In this document: positions 33,757 to 45,266 of the stretch, piece by piece | How the letters are laid out: every line of letters begins with the position of its first letter | Position numbering within the stretch: the stretch's first letter is position 1 | Assembly (NCBI GenBank): GCA_024346625.1 | Contig: AP024666.1 | Coordinates: 496,001-560,000 of the forward strand | DNA from: Williopsis jadinii | Taxonomy: Eukaryota | Direction: 5' to 3' | DNA: 64,000 nucleotides | Notes under the pieces: generated by a model | Databases searched by the model: none | What the model saw: the letters and a program-made list of their open reading frames with translations, nothing else | Told to the model about the DNA's origin: nothing | Translations under genes and position numbers: made by a program

Positions 33757-35875
33757 ATGGATATTGACTACGTTAACGAGGAAGGTAAGTTGAATCACCA
33801 CCAGCTGGCTGAATATGGAACTTGTACTGACACCACACCCGCCCCTCCAAGACCTTGTTGCTTTTGCAAAGGCACTCAACAATGACTTCGACACTGCTTC
33901 ATCAACCACGCCGAGTGGTGGTGAGTCTGCGGTCTCGTTATCTTTACAGCAGCCACTGGACCAGCATGTGCCACCGGTGGAGAAGATCGTTTCACAGAAT
34001 GATTGGGGTCCAGTGCACTCAAGACTCGGTGATGCTGGCTCGCAGAAGAAAAGAGATGAGTATTTCCAGAGTTGGTCGTATAAAGTGCTCAGATTCCCGA
34101 TCCTTATACCAATTCTTCTATGGCTATGGGTATTAATGATTGCGTATGTGTTCCTACGGTGTTACATTGCCATATATGAACACTTCTTCAGATGGCAAGG
34201 GAAGAAGAAGCAATTGCGGAAGGCACTGAGAACTTCAAAGAATTATCAGGAATGGATCCAAAACGCCATGAACATGGATAAGTACCTTCATCTGGATTCG
34301 TGGAAACACAAGAAGCATTTCTACTATTACGACTATGATACGTTGAAGCTCACCATTGGAAAGCTCAACAAGTTCAAGCAACAAGGTGACATGGAACGAA
34401 TCATGCTTGTGCTGCAAAGCTGTGCAAAGGCAAATTTTGCAGGAACTGAGAACCCATTGCTTTACTCTCAAACCTATTATGGAACAAAGGAGATTGTAGA
34501 TGAGTACAACGCATTGGTTAGTGATTTGTTAGAGATGATCATCCAAGACCAAACCATTCCTGCATCAAATAAGAGGCTGTTCTTCAAGTCCTTGAACAAG
34601 AACTTTGGTAGAACTGCCCTGTGTCTTTCCGGTGGTGCAACGTTCGCCTATAACCATTTTGGTGTCGTTAAGGCCTTATTGGAGAATGACCTACTACCTC
34701 AAATCATCACCGGGACGTCAGGAGGAGGCGTTGTTGCTGCGTTGGCAACAACAAGAACAGAAGCTGAGCTGAAGGAATTGCTGAGACCTGAATTAGCTGA
34801 AAGGATAACAGCATGCACAGAAGGCATAACAACGTATGTCCCAAGGTGGTGGAAGACTGGTGCAAGATTTGATGCTGTTGATTGGGCCAGAAAGGCTATG
34901 TGGTTTACAATGGGCTCCATGACTTTCCAGGAAGCCTTTGAGAGAACGGGCAAAGTGTTGAACATCACAACTGTTCCAGCAGACCCACATTCGCCTGTTA
35001 TCTTGTGTAATCACATCACTGCTCCAAACTGTGTGATATGGTCCGCAATGCTGGCTTCCAGTGCAGTTCCTGGAATCTTGAACCCGGTTGTGTTGATGAT
35101 GAAAGACCCACAGACCCAGAAACTTGTTCCCTTCAGCTTTGGTACGAAGTATAAAGATGGATCGTTGAGAACTGATATCCCAGTTGAAGCATTGAACATG
35201 TACTACAATGTGAAGTTCAGTATCGTGAGTCAAGTGAACCCGCATATATCACTGTTCTATTTTGCACCAAAGGGGTCTGTTGGAAGACCTGTTTCTCGGT
35301 CAAAGACAGGACTGCGTGGTGGATTTGTTGGAGCTGGGCTAGAAAGTTTTATCAAGCTGGAAAACCGGAAATGGTTACAACTCATCAAAGGACTCGATCT
35401 GTTGCCTCACTTCATGAACCAGGATTGGTCCAACCTTTGGTTGCAAAAGTTTAGTGGCACTGTGACGATATGGCCAAAGCTGAATCCATTTGACCTCAGA
35501 TTCATCCTAACAGACCCAGACGAGAAGAGACTGGGTGCTATGATACGAAACGGTGTGATGAGCACGTTCCCAAAGTTATTATTCATAAAGCATAGACTCA
35601 ACATTGAAACGAAAATACGTGCTGGTTGGAAAAAGTACAAGAGAACTCCAAAAGGCCAAGAGAACGGTGCATCGGGACATAATGAGCTACTCAGTGACTC
35701 TGGCGACGAAACGATGCCCCAGACCAGCTTGGAATACCAGGTCAAACTTGACGAGAAGAACGACGACAGTGATCACGACGGTGAGTACTTCGTTGAAGAG
35801 GGAACGCTTGAGCCCATCATTGACCCCATAAACAACATTAGATCTACATTGAAGAAAAGACCCAATTGGTGGTGA
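33757..35875 (+). CDS. Patatin-like phospholipase domain protein (Tgl3/4/5 family); exons 33757-33784, 33852-35875
   Basis: LCLSGGATFAYNHFG, GTSGG nucleophile elbow, DGSLRTD; a 67-nt intron (GTAAGT..TACTGAC..AAG) gives the start MDIDYVNEEDLVAFAKAL. Confidence 0.87.
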
Positions 35876-36102
35876 AATCAGTGCGTGCATATATATACAC
35901 CCCCTATGTTATCAAAAGAAACCTCCCAGTGAATAAATCACCATCGTAGACTCTGCAAATTCTTCTCCCACGATCCCTGTCTATAGAACGATGTCTTGTT
36001 CCCGGGGGCTAGGCTCGAAAAGTTGATCGGAAAACCCCGAACAACGTGTTCCAGCCTGTGATATCTGCTAACAACAACAACAACCAGGGAAAACAACCGC
36101 CA

Positions 36103-36822
36103 ATGGCTCAAATCACAGCGTTATTACTGGACATCGAAGGCACTGTTTGCCCAATTACATTCGTGAAAGACTGTCTCTTCCCCTATTTCCTCAAGAAGCT
36201 TCCAGATGTTTTATCACTCGTGGAATTCCCATTGGAGTCCTCTTCTCAGGATTCGCCAATAGTGTCTGTGATTGAAGGGTTCCCTCCAGAGACCAGAACA
36301 ACCAGAGAGGCCTTGCAAGACCACATTGTACAGCTAGTCAAGAACGACGTCAAGGAGAAGAACTTGAAGGCATTACAGGGCCTTGTGTGGAATGAAGGCT
36401 ACTCCTCTGGCGAGATCAAGGCTCCTCTGTACCAGGATGCCATTGATTTGATCCAAGTACAATCTCGAAACCACAAGGTGTATATCTATTCCAGCGGGAG
36501 TGTTCACGCACAGAAGTTGTTATTTGGACACGTTGACATCAACGGGAAGAGTACCGATATCAATGGATATCTCTGTGGGTACTTCGACATCACAACCTCC
36601 GGTTATAAGTTTGAACCTCAGAGCTATAGAAACATCATACAGGACATTGGTATCCCTGGACAGGAGGTGCTTTTCCTTAGTGATAACGTCAAAGAAGTCC
36701 AAGCTGCTTTAGAAGCTGGGCTGAAAGCACATGTGGTTGTCAGACCAGGCAACTCACCACTCACACAAGATGAAGTAGAGAAGTACAAAGCAGTCGATGA
36801 CTTTTCCCAACTACAACTGTGA
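36103..36822 (+). CDS. UTR4: Enolase-phosphatase E1 (methionine salvage, HAD family)
   Basis: LLDIEGTVCPITFVKDCLFPYF, LKALQG, YIYSSGSVHAQKLLF, LFLSDN; adjacent to RAD23 as in S. cerevisiae. Confidence 0.93.
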   Translation: MAQITALLLDIEGTVCPITFVKDCLFPYFLKKLPDVLSLVEFPLESSSQDSPIVSVIEGFPPETRTTREALQDHIVQLVKNDVKEKNLKALQGLVWNEGYSSGEIKAPLYQDAIDLIQVQSRNHKVYIYSSGSVHAQKLLFGHVDINGKSTDINGYLCGYFDITTSGYKFEPQSYRNIIQDIGIPGQEVLFLSDNVKEVQAALEAGLKAHVVVRPGNSPLTQDEVEKYKAVDDFSQLQL

Positions 36823-36975
36823 TGTGACAAAGAGGTAAAAACAAGAGTATATTTTCACATAATGATAACAATTATAACAATTACTAATGTAGCCAGCACT
36901 TCTCTGAAGGAGGTTTACTTCCTTTTTTCTGCTTGCTTTGATATCTTTTGATGGTTCTTGCGCCTTCGTCTAGAT

Positions 36976-37840
36976 TCAAGCATGGTCATTAAACAAGATA
37001 TTCGCAGCAAGCTCCTCATTCTTATCGCAAGCAAAGTATACCTGTACCACTGTTCCTCTGTCGAATCCCAACTCCATCAATCTGTTGATCGCATTCTCAT
37101 CGTCTGGCGTGATCTGTGGTAACTCTTCGCCCTCTCCTAACTGTGGTTGTGCCAGTTCACCACCTTCAGCGTCTTCCAGCCCTTCTGGGCCTTGGAGTAA
37201 CATTCTAATAAACTCTTCTGGGTGCTGTTGGATAAGACTGCTCAACTGTGGATTCTGCTGGGCCAACATGGTCAGCAATCCCTCGAGGGCCTCTGGGGAT
37301 TCCTGTGCAAGTCTTCTAAGGCCCTCAGCGGAGCCAAGGTCGATGTTCCCGGCAGCATTAGCACCACCTGGACTTGAAGCATCAGCACCGCCAATTGCGC
37401 CCCCAGCACTTGCGGCAGCAGCAGCAGCAAACAGATCGCCATGTTGGTCGTCGTCATCTTCATCGGCATCCGCATCACCAACAACAACATCCTCTTCTAC
37501 AATCTCCTCAATGGCTGTTGGGGCATCCGAGGCACCTTGTTCTGCTTCCTGGCCTTGTTGATCTTCGCTCTGTTGAGCTTGTTGCTGTCCCTGTACAGGA
37601 ACCTGCGCAGATTCTGGGATACCAGTCAAGAGGTATTCCACAGCACGATCTGGATTGTTGAAAGCAGCCCTGAGGGCAGCTTCCACCTGTGATCTTTCAT
37701 AGCCCATCTCCATGATATTTGCAATGGCTTGTTCTCTTGCAGAACCAACGGCAAATGTTGAAGCATCAAAGCTCTGTGGTTCGGCAGAGGCACTGGATGC
37801 ATCAACAGCAGCAGAGTTCGATGGTGTCTGTTGTTCTGGC

Positions 37841-37878
<38 letters not shown>

Positions 37879-38385
37879 CGCTGGTTCTTGAGCCGGTGCC
37901 TGAGCTACTGGTGCCTGAGCTCTTGGAGCAGTTGGTGTTTGTGTTGTTGTTGGTTGGGCAGGTGTGGATGGGGTCGCCTTCTTGACAGCCTTCTATATGG
38001 ACACAGCTGTTAGTACACATATTCATACGGCTCGCAACGAGATAACTTACTGAGATCATGAAGATCACCTGATCATCAGCCTTGATCTTTGTCTCCTGGA
38101 TGGTCTTATCGTCCTGAAGAACTTTCCCTGTTGCAAAACATGTTAGTACGACCCTAAACGTGTTCAAGCGTGCCAAACACACGTACCGGAATACACAAAC
38201 TTCAACTGTGAAGCCTCAACACCTTTGATCTCCGCCAACTTCTTCTTAGCGTCGAGAACCTGTGGACAAGTATGTTAGCATAGATCACCAATTATAGACA
38301 CTAAAGACATCGTACTAACCGTCTCTTCTGGCGCAACTTCCACCGGGATCTTCTCCTTCTTAAAGTCCTTAAAGATGACTTGCAT
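36976..38385 (-). CDS. RAD23: UV excision repair / ubiquitin shuttle Rad23; exons 38385-38320, 38259-38187, 38127-38051, 37992-36976
   Basis: Three introns of 60, 59 and 58 nt give in-frame UBL ([12 protein letters not shown]...[15 protein letters not shown]), UBA1 ([26 protein letters not shown]), XPC-binding and UBA2 ([16 protein letters not shown]) domains; 410 aa. Confidence 0.93.
37843..37875. repeat. (AGC)11 trinucleotide repeat encoding poly-Ala in the Rad23 linker
   Basis: Perfect repeat read directly; GCT codons in the RAD23 frame. Confidence 0.9.
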
Positions 38386-38570
38386 TGTTGATACTGCTTG
38401 CTAATGAGATGGAGCCAAGTCTCGAGGGTTTAATACCAAAGGTCGCGTTGCTTTTATACCCCGTGTTGGTGAATAGTCAACTTTTCAAGCGGACACGGAT
38501 GATTGGACGACGTCGCTATTTTTTCTCTCTTTGTGGTTTTTACGTGTGGTGCCTCTCTTTAGCGCAGAAG

Positions 38571-38630
38571 AGTGGCAAAAAACAACAATTACTACTACTT
38601 CTACAACACGACGCGTGGTATGGGACGCGT
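38571..38630. promoter_or_regulatory. Rpn4-like site (AGTGGCAAA) and two MCB elements (ACGCGT) in the RAD23/RAD7 bidirectional promoter
   Basis: AGTGGCAAA at 38571-38579; ACGCGT at 38611-38616 and 38625-38630. Confidence 0.55.
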
Positions 38631-38670
38631 ATAAAGCAGCTTGGCGAACTGAGACTGAGAGACAGTGAAG

Positions 38671-40467
38671 ATGAGCAGAAGGCCTTTGAAGTACCGTAGT
38701 GATACGTCGTCAGAGGGGGCACCGGTGAGAGAGGCGAGTGCGATCCGGGGTCCCAATAGTGCACTTACGGAGTTTCTGCGACAGCAGGGCATCAGTGCTG
38801 AGGATATCAGGCGTAGGCACCTTCAACGGATAAACGGTGAAGAGCAGGGGGGTGAGAGAGAGGAGGATGGTGGTGAAGGCGTAGGAGAGAACGGAGAGGC
38901 GTTGTTGGAGGTTGTTGAAGAAGGAGATACTGTCAGGAATGCTACTGACGAGCAGATGGCGCAGGAAGAGCTGGAGATAAGGATTGCGTCTAGAAGGAAA
39001 AGAAGAGCAGCAGCTGGTAAGGACGATGAAGATGAATACACAGACTCTGAAACGGAGGATGGCATCGACAACGACGGAGACCGTGTTACTCACACGAGAA
39101 GGAAAATCGTTGGTGAGTCTGAAAAGTGTGCACACTGCTTCAATGATTTTGTCGTTAACGTCTACTCCAAGATCAGCGAAAGTGGTGGTTATCTATGCCC
39201 TGATTGCACAAAGAGACAACTGGACAAGGAACGTGCGATTAAGAAGAATCAACTCATCTCGAGGAAGAAAAGACAGAGGCTTGCAGTGGCACTGCTGGAT
39301 AGACAGGACGTCAAGTTCCCATCGCTTTTAGACCTCGCGATAAAGAAAGTCACCGAGAGGATCTATGACGTTGAAGACCTTGGTGATATTGGCGATGTGA
39401 ACATGAAGAAAATTGCCAAGATTCTATGCCGAAACAGATCGTTGGATGATAACACTGTCAAGTTGTTCCTGAATACGCATCTCTCAAAATTGGAGTTTTG
39501 GGATTGCTCTGGGTTGACGTCAAAGTCGTACAACCAGATCGCAGCGTATTGTCCAAATTTACAAGAGTTAACTCTCCTTATGTGTGGACGCTTACACAAT
39601 GATAACCTTAACTACTTCTCTACGAATTTATCCAAACTGACAAAGCTGGACCTCGATGGCCCATTCCTCATAAATGATGCTACTTGGAAGAATTTCTTCA
39701 ACACTGTTGGTGATAGGTTGACAAGTTTCAAGATTGGAAACACGCATAGATTTAGCGATGACTCCTTCTTGACACTCATGGATAAATGTGGTGTCAATTT
39801 GAAGAGTTTGAAACTGTCTAGACTCGATGGAATCAAGAAGAAAGAGTCATACGATGTTATGCCAGCGTACTTAACAAAGCTACAAGAGTTGGAAATCTCA
39901 TATCCACAACACGAAGATCTGGTTGATGATACGCTCCTGATCAATTTAATGAGCATAAACGGGGAATCTCTTTCGACTTTGATCCTTGACGGGTGCTCTG
40001 GATTGACAGATGATTTTCTCATCAACGGTATAAGACCTTTTGGTGGCTCTTTACGTCACCTTTCCTTACAATTACTCGATCAAATCACAAGTGAAGGTTT
40101 TGTAGGATTGTTCCATGGTTGGGGTGATAATTATGGCCTAAATGAGGTTTATCTACGGAAGTGTTTTTCCTTGGGAGACGAAGGCATCGTCGAGATGCTG
40201 TTACATTCTGGGTCGTCACTTGTCGAGTTATCAATAAACTCGATAAAGGACTTAACTGCATTGACATTCCAAATAATGAAATGTACAAATCTCACATATT
40301 TAGATGCAGGCTTTGTGCGCTGTATTGATGATGAGGTTCTTGAACTCATTGGCAAGAATTGTCCTCAGCTGAGAGTTATGGATTGTTATGGTAACAACAG
40401 ATGTACTTCCAACGCTGTAATTAGAGAAGGATTAAAGGTTATTGGGAGACAGAGTGATACGGTTTGA
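38671..40467 (+). CDS. RAD7: Nucleotide excision repair LRR protein Rad7
   Basis: IRGPNSALTEFL N-terminal motif, CxxC...CxxC zinc motif, ILCRNRSLDD, leucine-rich repeats, C-terminal GLKVIGRQSD. Confidence 0.92.
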   Translation: MSRRPLKYRSDTSSEGAPVREASAIRGPNSALTEFLRQQGISAEDIRRRHLQRINGEEQGGEREEDGGEGVGENGEALLEVVEEGDTVRNATDEQMAQEELEIRIASRRKRRAAAGKDDEDEYTDSETEDGIDNDGDRVTHTRRKIVGESEKCAHCFNDFVVNVYSKISESGGYLCPDCTKRQLDKERAIKKNQLISRKKRQRLAVALLDRQDVKFPSLLDLAIKKVTERIYDVEDLGDIGDVNMKKIAKILCRNRSLDDNTVKLFLNTHLSKLEFWDCSGLTSKSYNQIAAYCPNLQELTLLMCGRLHNDNLNYFSTNLSKLTKLDLDGPFLINDATWKNFFNTVGDRLTSFKIGNTHRFSDDSFLTLMDKCGVNLKSLKLSRLDGIKKKESYDVMPAYLTKLQELEISYPQHEDLVDDTLLINLMSINGESLSTLILDGCSGLTDDFLINGIRPFGGSLRHLSLQLLDQITSEGFVGLFHGWGDNYGLNEVYLRKCFSLGDEGIVEMLLHSGSSLVELSINSIKDLTALTFQIMKCTNLTYLDAGFVRCIDDEVLELIGKNCPQLRVMDCYGNNRCTSNAVIREGLKVIGRQSDTV

Positions 40468-40515
40468 GACGTGTATATAGCTTTATAAAAAATGGGTTGG
40501 GAATATAATTCTATC

Positions 40516-41352
40516 TCACTGGAACAATTCAGGTACAACCTCTGGTAGATCCAATATATCTCTAATGAGTAATGCACCTTCTGGAGTCTTTCCTAGGTCT
40601 TCATCTCTCTCCACGAAATGGATCGCTTTTTTGAACCCAAGACCCACTGCAGTTCTAATGTTATCTGCACTGTCATCGACAAAGTAGCAATTACTGAAAT
40701 CTGTTCCACCAGCCAGCTCCAAAGCAGAGTGGAAGGCATTTGCGTTAGGTTTGCAGATCAAATCATCTTGAGCATAATCACAGTACCACAATCCGTCGAA
40801 CATATCACCGATCCCCAGTAGAGAAATAACGCGTTCTCCGTGGTTTTTATAGGCGTTTGTGAATAGCCACATACGGTCAATTGAGCCACTCGATCTCAAC
40901 GACTCGAGCATGGAGCGTAGCTTGAGGTCCTGGCTGAGCACGTTTTGCAATGGCAAGGCATCGTCGACTTTCCTGTTGTATTCCAATGCGTCTATTTTGT
41001 GGAATTTGACCAACCCTTGGATTGCCAATCCATATTCTTTGTAGTATTTGAACATGAGGACATGCGCATCTTCGTCATTGAGATCCAAAGTTCTCTTGAA
41101 GTATTCATGGATGTACTCTTGCATCATATCGTGTATAGCAAGGGATCTCTTGTACAAGCAGTTGTCAATGTCAAAGAAGAAGATCTTCTTGTTCTCTCTC
41201 GGAACAACTGGACCATAGCCCAGAGGCAACACAACCTTACAGCCAGGATAGTCCAATGACTTTAGATGTTCTTCATTCTCTCTCAGGTTGTCGTCTATAT
41301 GTTTGTTGTACTCCTGTGAGGAAGAATAGCCCGATATTTTCGTACAAGTCAT
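40516..41352 (-). CDS. SDT1: Pyrimidine 5'-nucleotidase (Sdt1/Phm8, HAD family); alternative upstream ATG at 41397
   Basis: FFFDIDNCLY, YYKEYGLAIQGL, VDDALPLQ, WLFTNAYKNH, CKP, YFVDDS. Confidence 0.9.
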   Translation of the reverse strand: MTCTKISGYSSSQEYNKHIDDNLRENEEHLKSLDYPGCKVVLPLGYGPVVPRENKKIFFFDIDNCLYKRSLAIHDMMQEYIHEYFKRTLDLNDEDAHVLMFKYYKEYGLAIQGLVKFHKIDALEYNRKVDDALPLQNVLSQDLKLRSMLESLRSSGSIDRMWLFTNAYKNHGERVISLLGIGDMFDGLWYCDYAQDDLICKPNANAFHSALELAGGTDFSNCYFVDDSADNIRTAVGLGFKKAIHFVERDEDLGKTPEGALLIRDILDLPEVVPELFQ

Positions 41353-41853
41353 GATGTTCCTTCTTATCTTTAGGTACGTCGTTGCTCTTGATAACATCCA
41401 AATCTCTGTAAAACGCACACAGATCCAGGCCACAACACGGGTATTTTGATCAAGATGGTATAAACAACTTGAGCGCTGATTGAGCCGTTTTGCACTCTCT
41501 TTTCGTTGTTTAGTGCTTCTCTGTACGATATTAAAGAGGTAAGACCCGTTGTGAGGACGAGCATATGTGGACAAGTTCAACACTACGCACGTTTCCCCGT
41601 CGGATTACTACTTCAGGAATACGCGTACCTCCTGATAGAAACATCTTACAACAAATGCTTTACGCATGTATGCGGATTGCGGATTCTCATGGGATCTCCA
41701 TATATACAGTCCGCCTTGTTGCTATAGCTGGAACAGTTCTGAAACAAATTGACCCACTTGGCTCATCACACAAGAGAAATCAGTCATCATCTCGACTACT
41801 CCTTTACGGTTTCATGGTGAGTCCTACAGCACGACAAAACGCTTTATTGATCT

Positions 41854-41925
41854 TCCGATATAGTGTAACGGCTAGCACGGTTCGCTTTCACCGAGCAGAC
41901 CCGGGTTCGACTCCCGGTATCGGAG
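41854..41925 (+). tRNA. tRNA-Glu (anticodon TTC), intronless
   Basis: Cloverleaf TCCGATA/TATCGGA, GTTCG-CTTTCAC-CGAGC anticodon arm, GGTTCGACTCC B-box, followed by an oligo-T Pol III terminator. Confidence 0.96.
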
Positions 41926-41969
41926 CTTTTTTTTGTTCTGAAAAGAATTCCCACTCATGTTTTTACCAT

Positions 41970-41979
41970 GTCACGTGAC
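41970..41979. promoter_or_regulatory. Cbf1/CDEI-type palindrome GTCACGTGAC
   Basis: Perfect 10-bp palindrome between the tRNA and RMD9. Confidence 0.5.
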
Positions 41980-42689
41980 TGTTAAAATCCAACAAAAGAC
42001 TGACTCCACAGCCCAATCGATGTTCTGCACTCGATCATTTTAGGGGTGCGGAAGCGTAAAACGAAGCCGTTATCGTTTCCCCTTGATCTTTATCTGATTT
42101 CACCCCCTTTTAGCGGAACCATCACGCTATCGTTACCCCTATGGAGTCTCATGATTGGACCTCTTACCAAGCTTCCCGATTCGTACATCTGATTGCGTCA
42201 GTCTGTTACCCTACTTGCGTATCGCCCCCGCCGCCGTCTCCGCCGTAGGGCAAACAGAAAAGAACTCCGCAGGCAAAACTGCGCACAGAAAGGGAGAGGA
42301 GAAAAAATGATGGGTCCTTTTCAAACGACGGCAAAAGCAGAGAAAATTTTAAGGAACCATCAACTCATTCACAACATTTCAAGCCCACGAAACTACAACC
42401 ACGTGATATCACCGTTGTTGAAGGACATATATAAACTTTACGCATACATACCTTGTTCGTTTGTTTGTGTCTGCGCCACTTGGAACGGATTTTAGTCGTA
42501 CGTCAGGAACATAAACGAAGAGCTTAGCACTCCCATTGAAGAACGTTGGGTGGAAGAGTACATCCGTCGTTTGGCACATTTTTGGAACATTACGGCTCGA
42601 TATAAATACCCTACAGGATATCCAGTTTAGAGAAGTTATACACAGGTTTTATCAGGAGAATAGATACATAGAGACACAAGGAGATCATA

Positions 42690-44465
42690 ATGTTCAGACT
42701 CACGCAGCAACAGGTGCTCAAGACCAGAATCACAGGGCAGGTTGTGAACACTGCAAGAAACTCCATCAACCACTCCATCAGATTCAACTCGGTTGCTATT
42801 GAGCGTACCCAGTCTCAGAGTAAACCACAGGACCCAGCTTCGCTCAGCTTCACCAATACCATCAAGAACGTTGCGAACTTGCAGAAGTCTGTCAACAACA
42901 ACAAGAAGAACGATGTCAAGAGAGGGAAAGGTTACCACAACAACGACCACCATATTGATGCCTCGTCCCCTTGGTTCAAGCAGCTGTGTGCCTTCAGGGA
43001 CTGTCTCTCGCACATTATTGACCTCAACGACCCATCATCACAGCCGTTCTTCTGGGACACTTTGAAGAAGGCCATGGTTTTGTATGATGATCTGAAGGGT
43101 ACTCCAGATTTCCATGACTCACAGGTGAGTCTGCTCATATATGCCCTTCATACCGGTTTGAGAGCCAACAGAAACCAACTTACCAGATTGGCCAAAAAGC
43201 CAGATTATGATGCTCGTTCCTTCCATACCGACATGAACGAATTCATCAAGGCTTCTTTGAGACAAATAACCAATGATTTGCTGTCTGGTGTAGGTTCCGT
43301 CAACGAATCAGGTGCTATGCACTTGTTGACATCGCTGAAAGAGTTGAAGCTGGAGAATGAGGCTATTGCAGTCTGGAGTTCGTCCATGGAGAAGGAAAAC
43401 TTGAAACCTGTTTTCCTCAGACCAAAGGTTGTTGGTGTCTTGTTACCAATCATGTACCAATGTGGTTCCAAATTTAATGACCTTGAAGAGCTTTACCATG
43501 AATCAAAGTCGTTAAACACCTCTCACCCACACTTGATCTCTGGTATGTTGAAGACATGCCTTGCCGCTGGTGAAAACAGAAAGGCGCTCGAGCTGTTCTC
43601 TGAGCTTTGTTCCTACAACGATAAGTCTACGTATTCTGCTCTTGTCGATGTTCACTTGGCTCTTATTGGTGACTGTAAGGATATTACCATCGCTAATACA
43701 TTCTTTGAGAAGGCCATTTCAAGAGAAACTCCTTACAGATTGACACTTCATGTCAATAGTGTCAAACAGTTCATCCAGAACATTTGGACAGAGACTCATG
43801 ATTTCGAACAAGTTCGTCAAGTTTGGGAAAAAGTTACCGTTTTCTATGGACGTAACATCCACCACGGTATTTCCTCTTCATTGAACAATACATTCTTTGA
43901 TATATTCTTCGAAAATTACGCAGATAATCAGCAAGTTGGTTTGGAAACCTTGAAGAGTATCATTGCAACTTACAACGACATCAAGCCAATTGATGAACCA
44001 TTCTTCAACATTATCATCTCCAAGTGTGTTGTTTGGAAAGATAAGGTCACGATTGATTCTTTGTACAGTGCTTATGAGCTCTATAACTTGAAGAAGACGC
44101 AGGTTTCTCGTCGTATCTATCTCAAGTCTCTTGGCTCTGTTGATGCTACTGCAAACGAGATCCTGGACGCCTGGTACGATCTTTTGTTATTCAATGACTC
44201 TGAACGTAATACCTATATTGCCAATGCTGATTGGGCTGCACTAAGAGATGCTACCTTTGCATCTAGTGAAGATAGAGCGTTGCTTTATGCTCAAATTTTG
44301 AAACAATTTCAATGTTTCTGCCGTGACCAGTCTCAGTTCAAGAGACTTCACAGTATCGTTAACCTTTACCCAGTTCTCTCGCCTTATTTGAAGGACTTGA
44401 GCAGTGTCGATGCTAGGGGTATCTTTGTCCCACAGTTCCAAAACTTGCAACGTCATAATTTCTAA
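42690..44465 (+). CDS. RMD9: Mitochondrial PPR-like mRNA-stability factor Rmd9
   Basis: Basic presequence MFRLTQQQVLK; SSPWFKQLCAF.DCL, GLRANRNQLTRL.KKPDYD, IDEPFFNII, YIANADWAALRDAT. Confidence 0.88.
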   Translation: MFRLTQQQVLKTRITGQVVNTARNSINHSIRFNSVAIERTQSQSKPQDPASLSFTNTIKNVANLQKSVNNNKKNDVKRGKGYHNNDHHIDASSPWFKQLCAFRDCLSHIIDLNDPSSQPFFWDTLKKAMVLYDDLKGTPDFHDSQVSLLIYALHTGLRANRNQLTRLAKKPDYDARSFHTDMNEFIKASLRQITNDLLSGVGSVNESGAMHLLTSLKELKLENEAIAVWSSSMEKENLKPVFLRPKVVGVLLPIMYQCGSKFNDLEELYHESKSLNTSHPHLISGMLKTCLAAGENRKALELFSELCSYNDKSTYSALVDVHLALIGDCKDITIANTFFEKAISRETPYRLTLHVNSVKQFIQNIWTETHDFEQVRQVWEKVTVFYGRNIHHGISSSLNNTFFDIFFENYADNQQVGLETLKSIIATYNDIKPIDEPFFNIIISKCVVWKDKVTIDSLYSAYELYNLKKTQVSRRIYLKSLGSVDATANEILDAWYDLLLFNDSERNTYIANADWAALRDATFASSEDRALLYAQILKQFQCFCRDQSQFKRLHSIVNLYPVLSPYLKDLSSVDARGIFVPQFQNLQRHNF

Positions 44466-44639
44466 TGCTATTCATTTGATTTAATTTATTCCCTGTCTCT
44501 CATAACTCATATTCAAACTTTTTGGGGACTACAAACTGTATATATATAACTCTTAGGACCCATGATAATAATGAACATATATATTCTATGATTAGTTGTT
44601 GTAGCTCTGTAATTCATTTTGAAATCAAAACACAATGCT

Positions 44640-45266
44640 TTAAAATACCTCAAGACAAGATATTGTTGATGTGGAACCGGAAAGAGACTCATCATCCATA
44701 AACACAAGCTGGAATTCATCCTCAATGGTATAATCAGCGTCTTCAAAACTCTGGACTTTTAAAACTTCTTCCTGCCAGTCTAGTATTGACTCCTTAAGTT
44801 TGTATAATTGAGCTATAAGTTCCGTGTACCGAGAAGCGTAATCGTCAAATCCTATGACGACAACGTCTGGAGTTGAATACGGGCTTTCGTTGAATGTTGT
44901 AACATGCCGAGAGGAGAGAAGTAAAAATTCTAAACAGGAGTCCAAAAGTGTGTTGAAAGTTTCCAGCTTAAGTTCCCACTGCATAGAATCATATGTCGGT
45001 ACAGATAGCGTTGATATCTCACTGGTGATCTTTGACGCATCCTGTCTGAATTTGTATAGATGCTCCAACATCTCTTCATCTGTTTCAAGTGAAAGAAGCG
45101 TAACGTATGAAAAGTTCAACGTTGCTATGCTATCGTGTAAACGCTTGTATTGTGCTGAAGAACAAGTCTCTGCACATTGGTGCAATATAGTTTCTTCGAG
45201 TACTGAGAAGCACACAAGAACTAGCTCACAGAGTAAAGTATGATCCTGTTTAAGTCCTTCAATCAT
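44640..45266 (-). CDS. Hypothetical acidic helical protein, 208 aa
   Basis: ATG-initiated ORF not shadowing another gene, with upstream TATATAAAA (about 45341-45350, - strand); no recognisable motif. Confidence 0.55.
   Translation of the reverse strand: MIEGLKQDHTLLCELVLVCFSVLEETILHQCAETCSSAQYKRLHDSIATLNFSYVTLLSLETDEEMLEHLYKFRQDASKITSEISTLSVPTYDSMQWELKLETFNTLLDSCLEFLLLSSRHVTTFNESPYSTPDVVVIGFDDYASRYTELIAQLYKLKESILDWQEEVLKVQSFEDADYTIEDEFQLVFMDDESLSGSTSTISCLEVF

Noticed and set aside
36066..36087. TGCTAAC...CAG resembling an intron 3' end before UTR4
   Set aside because: No convincing 5' donor in the promoter, and UTR4 is complete from ATG 36103
37719..38182. Poly-Gln, poly-Ser and poly-Cys ORFs
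   Set aside because: Alternative frames of the (AGC)11 repeat within spliced RAD23
41970..41979. Point-centromere CDEI
   Set aside because: Not followed by an AT-rich CDEII or CDEIII; more likely a Cbf1 promoter site
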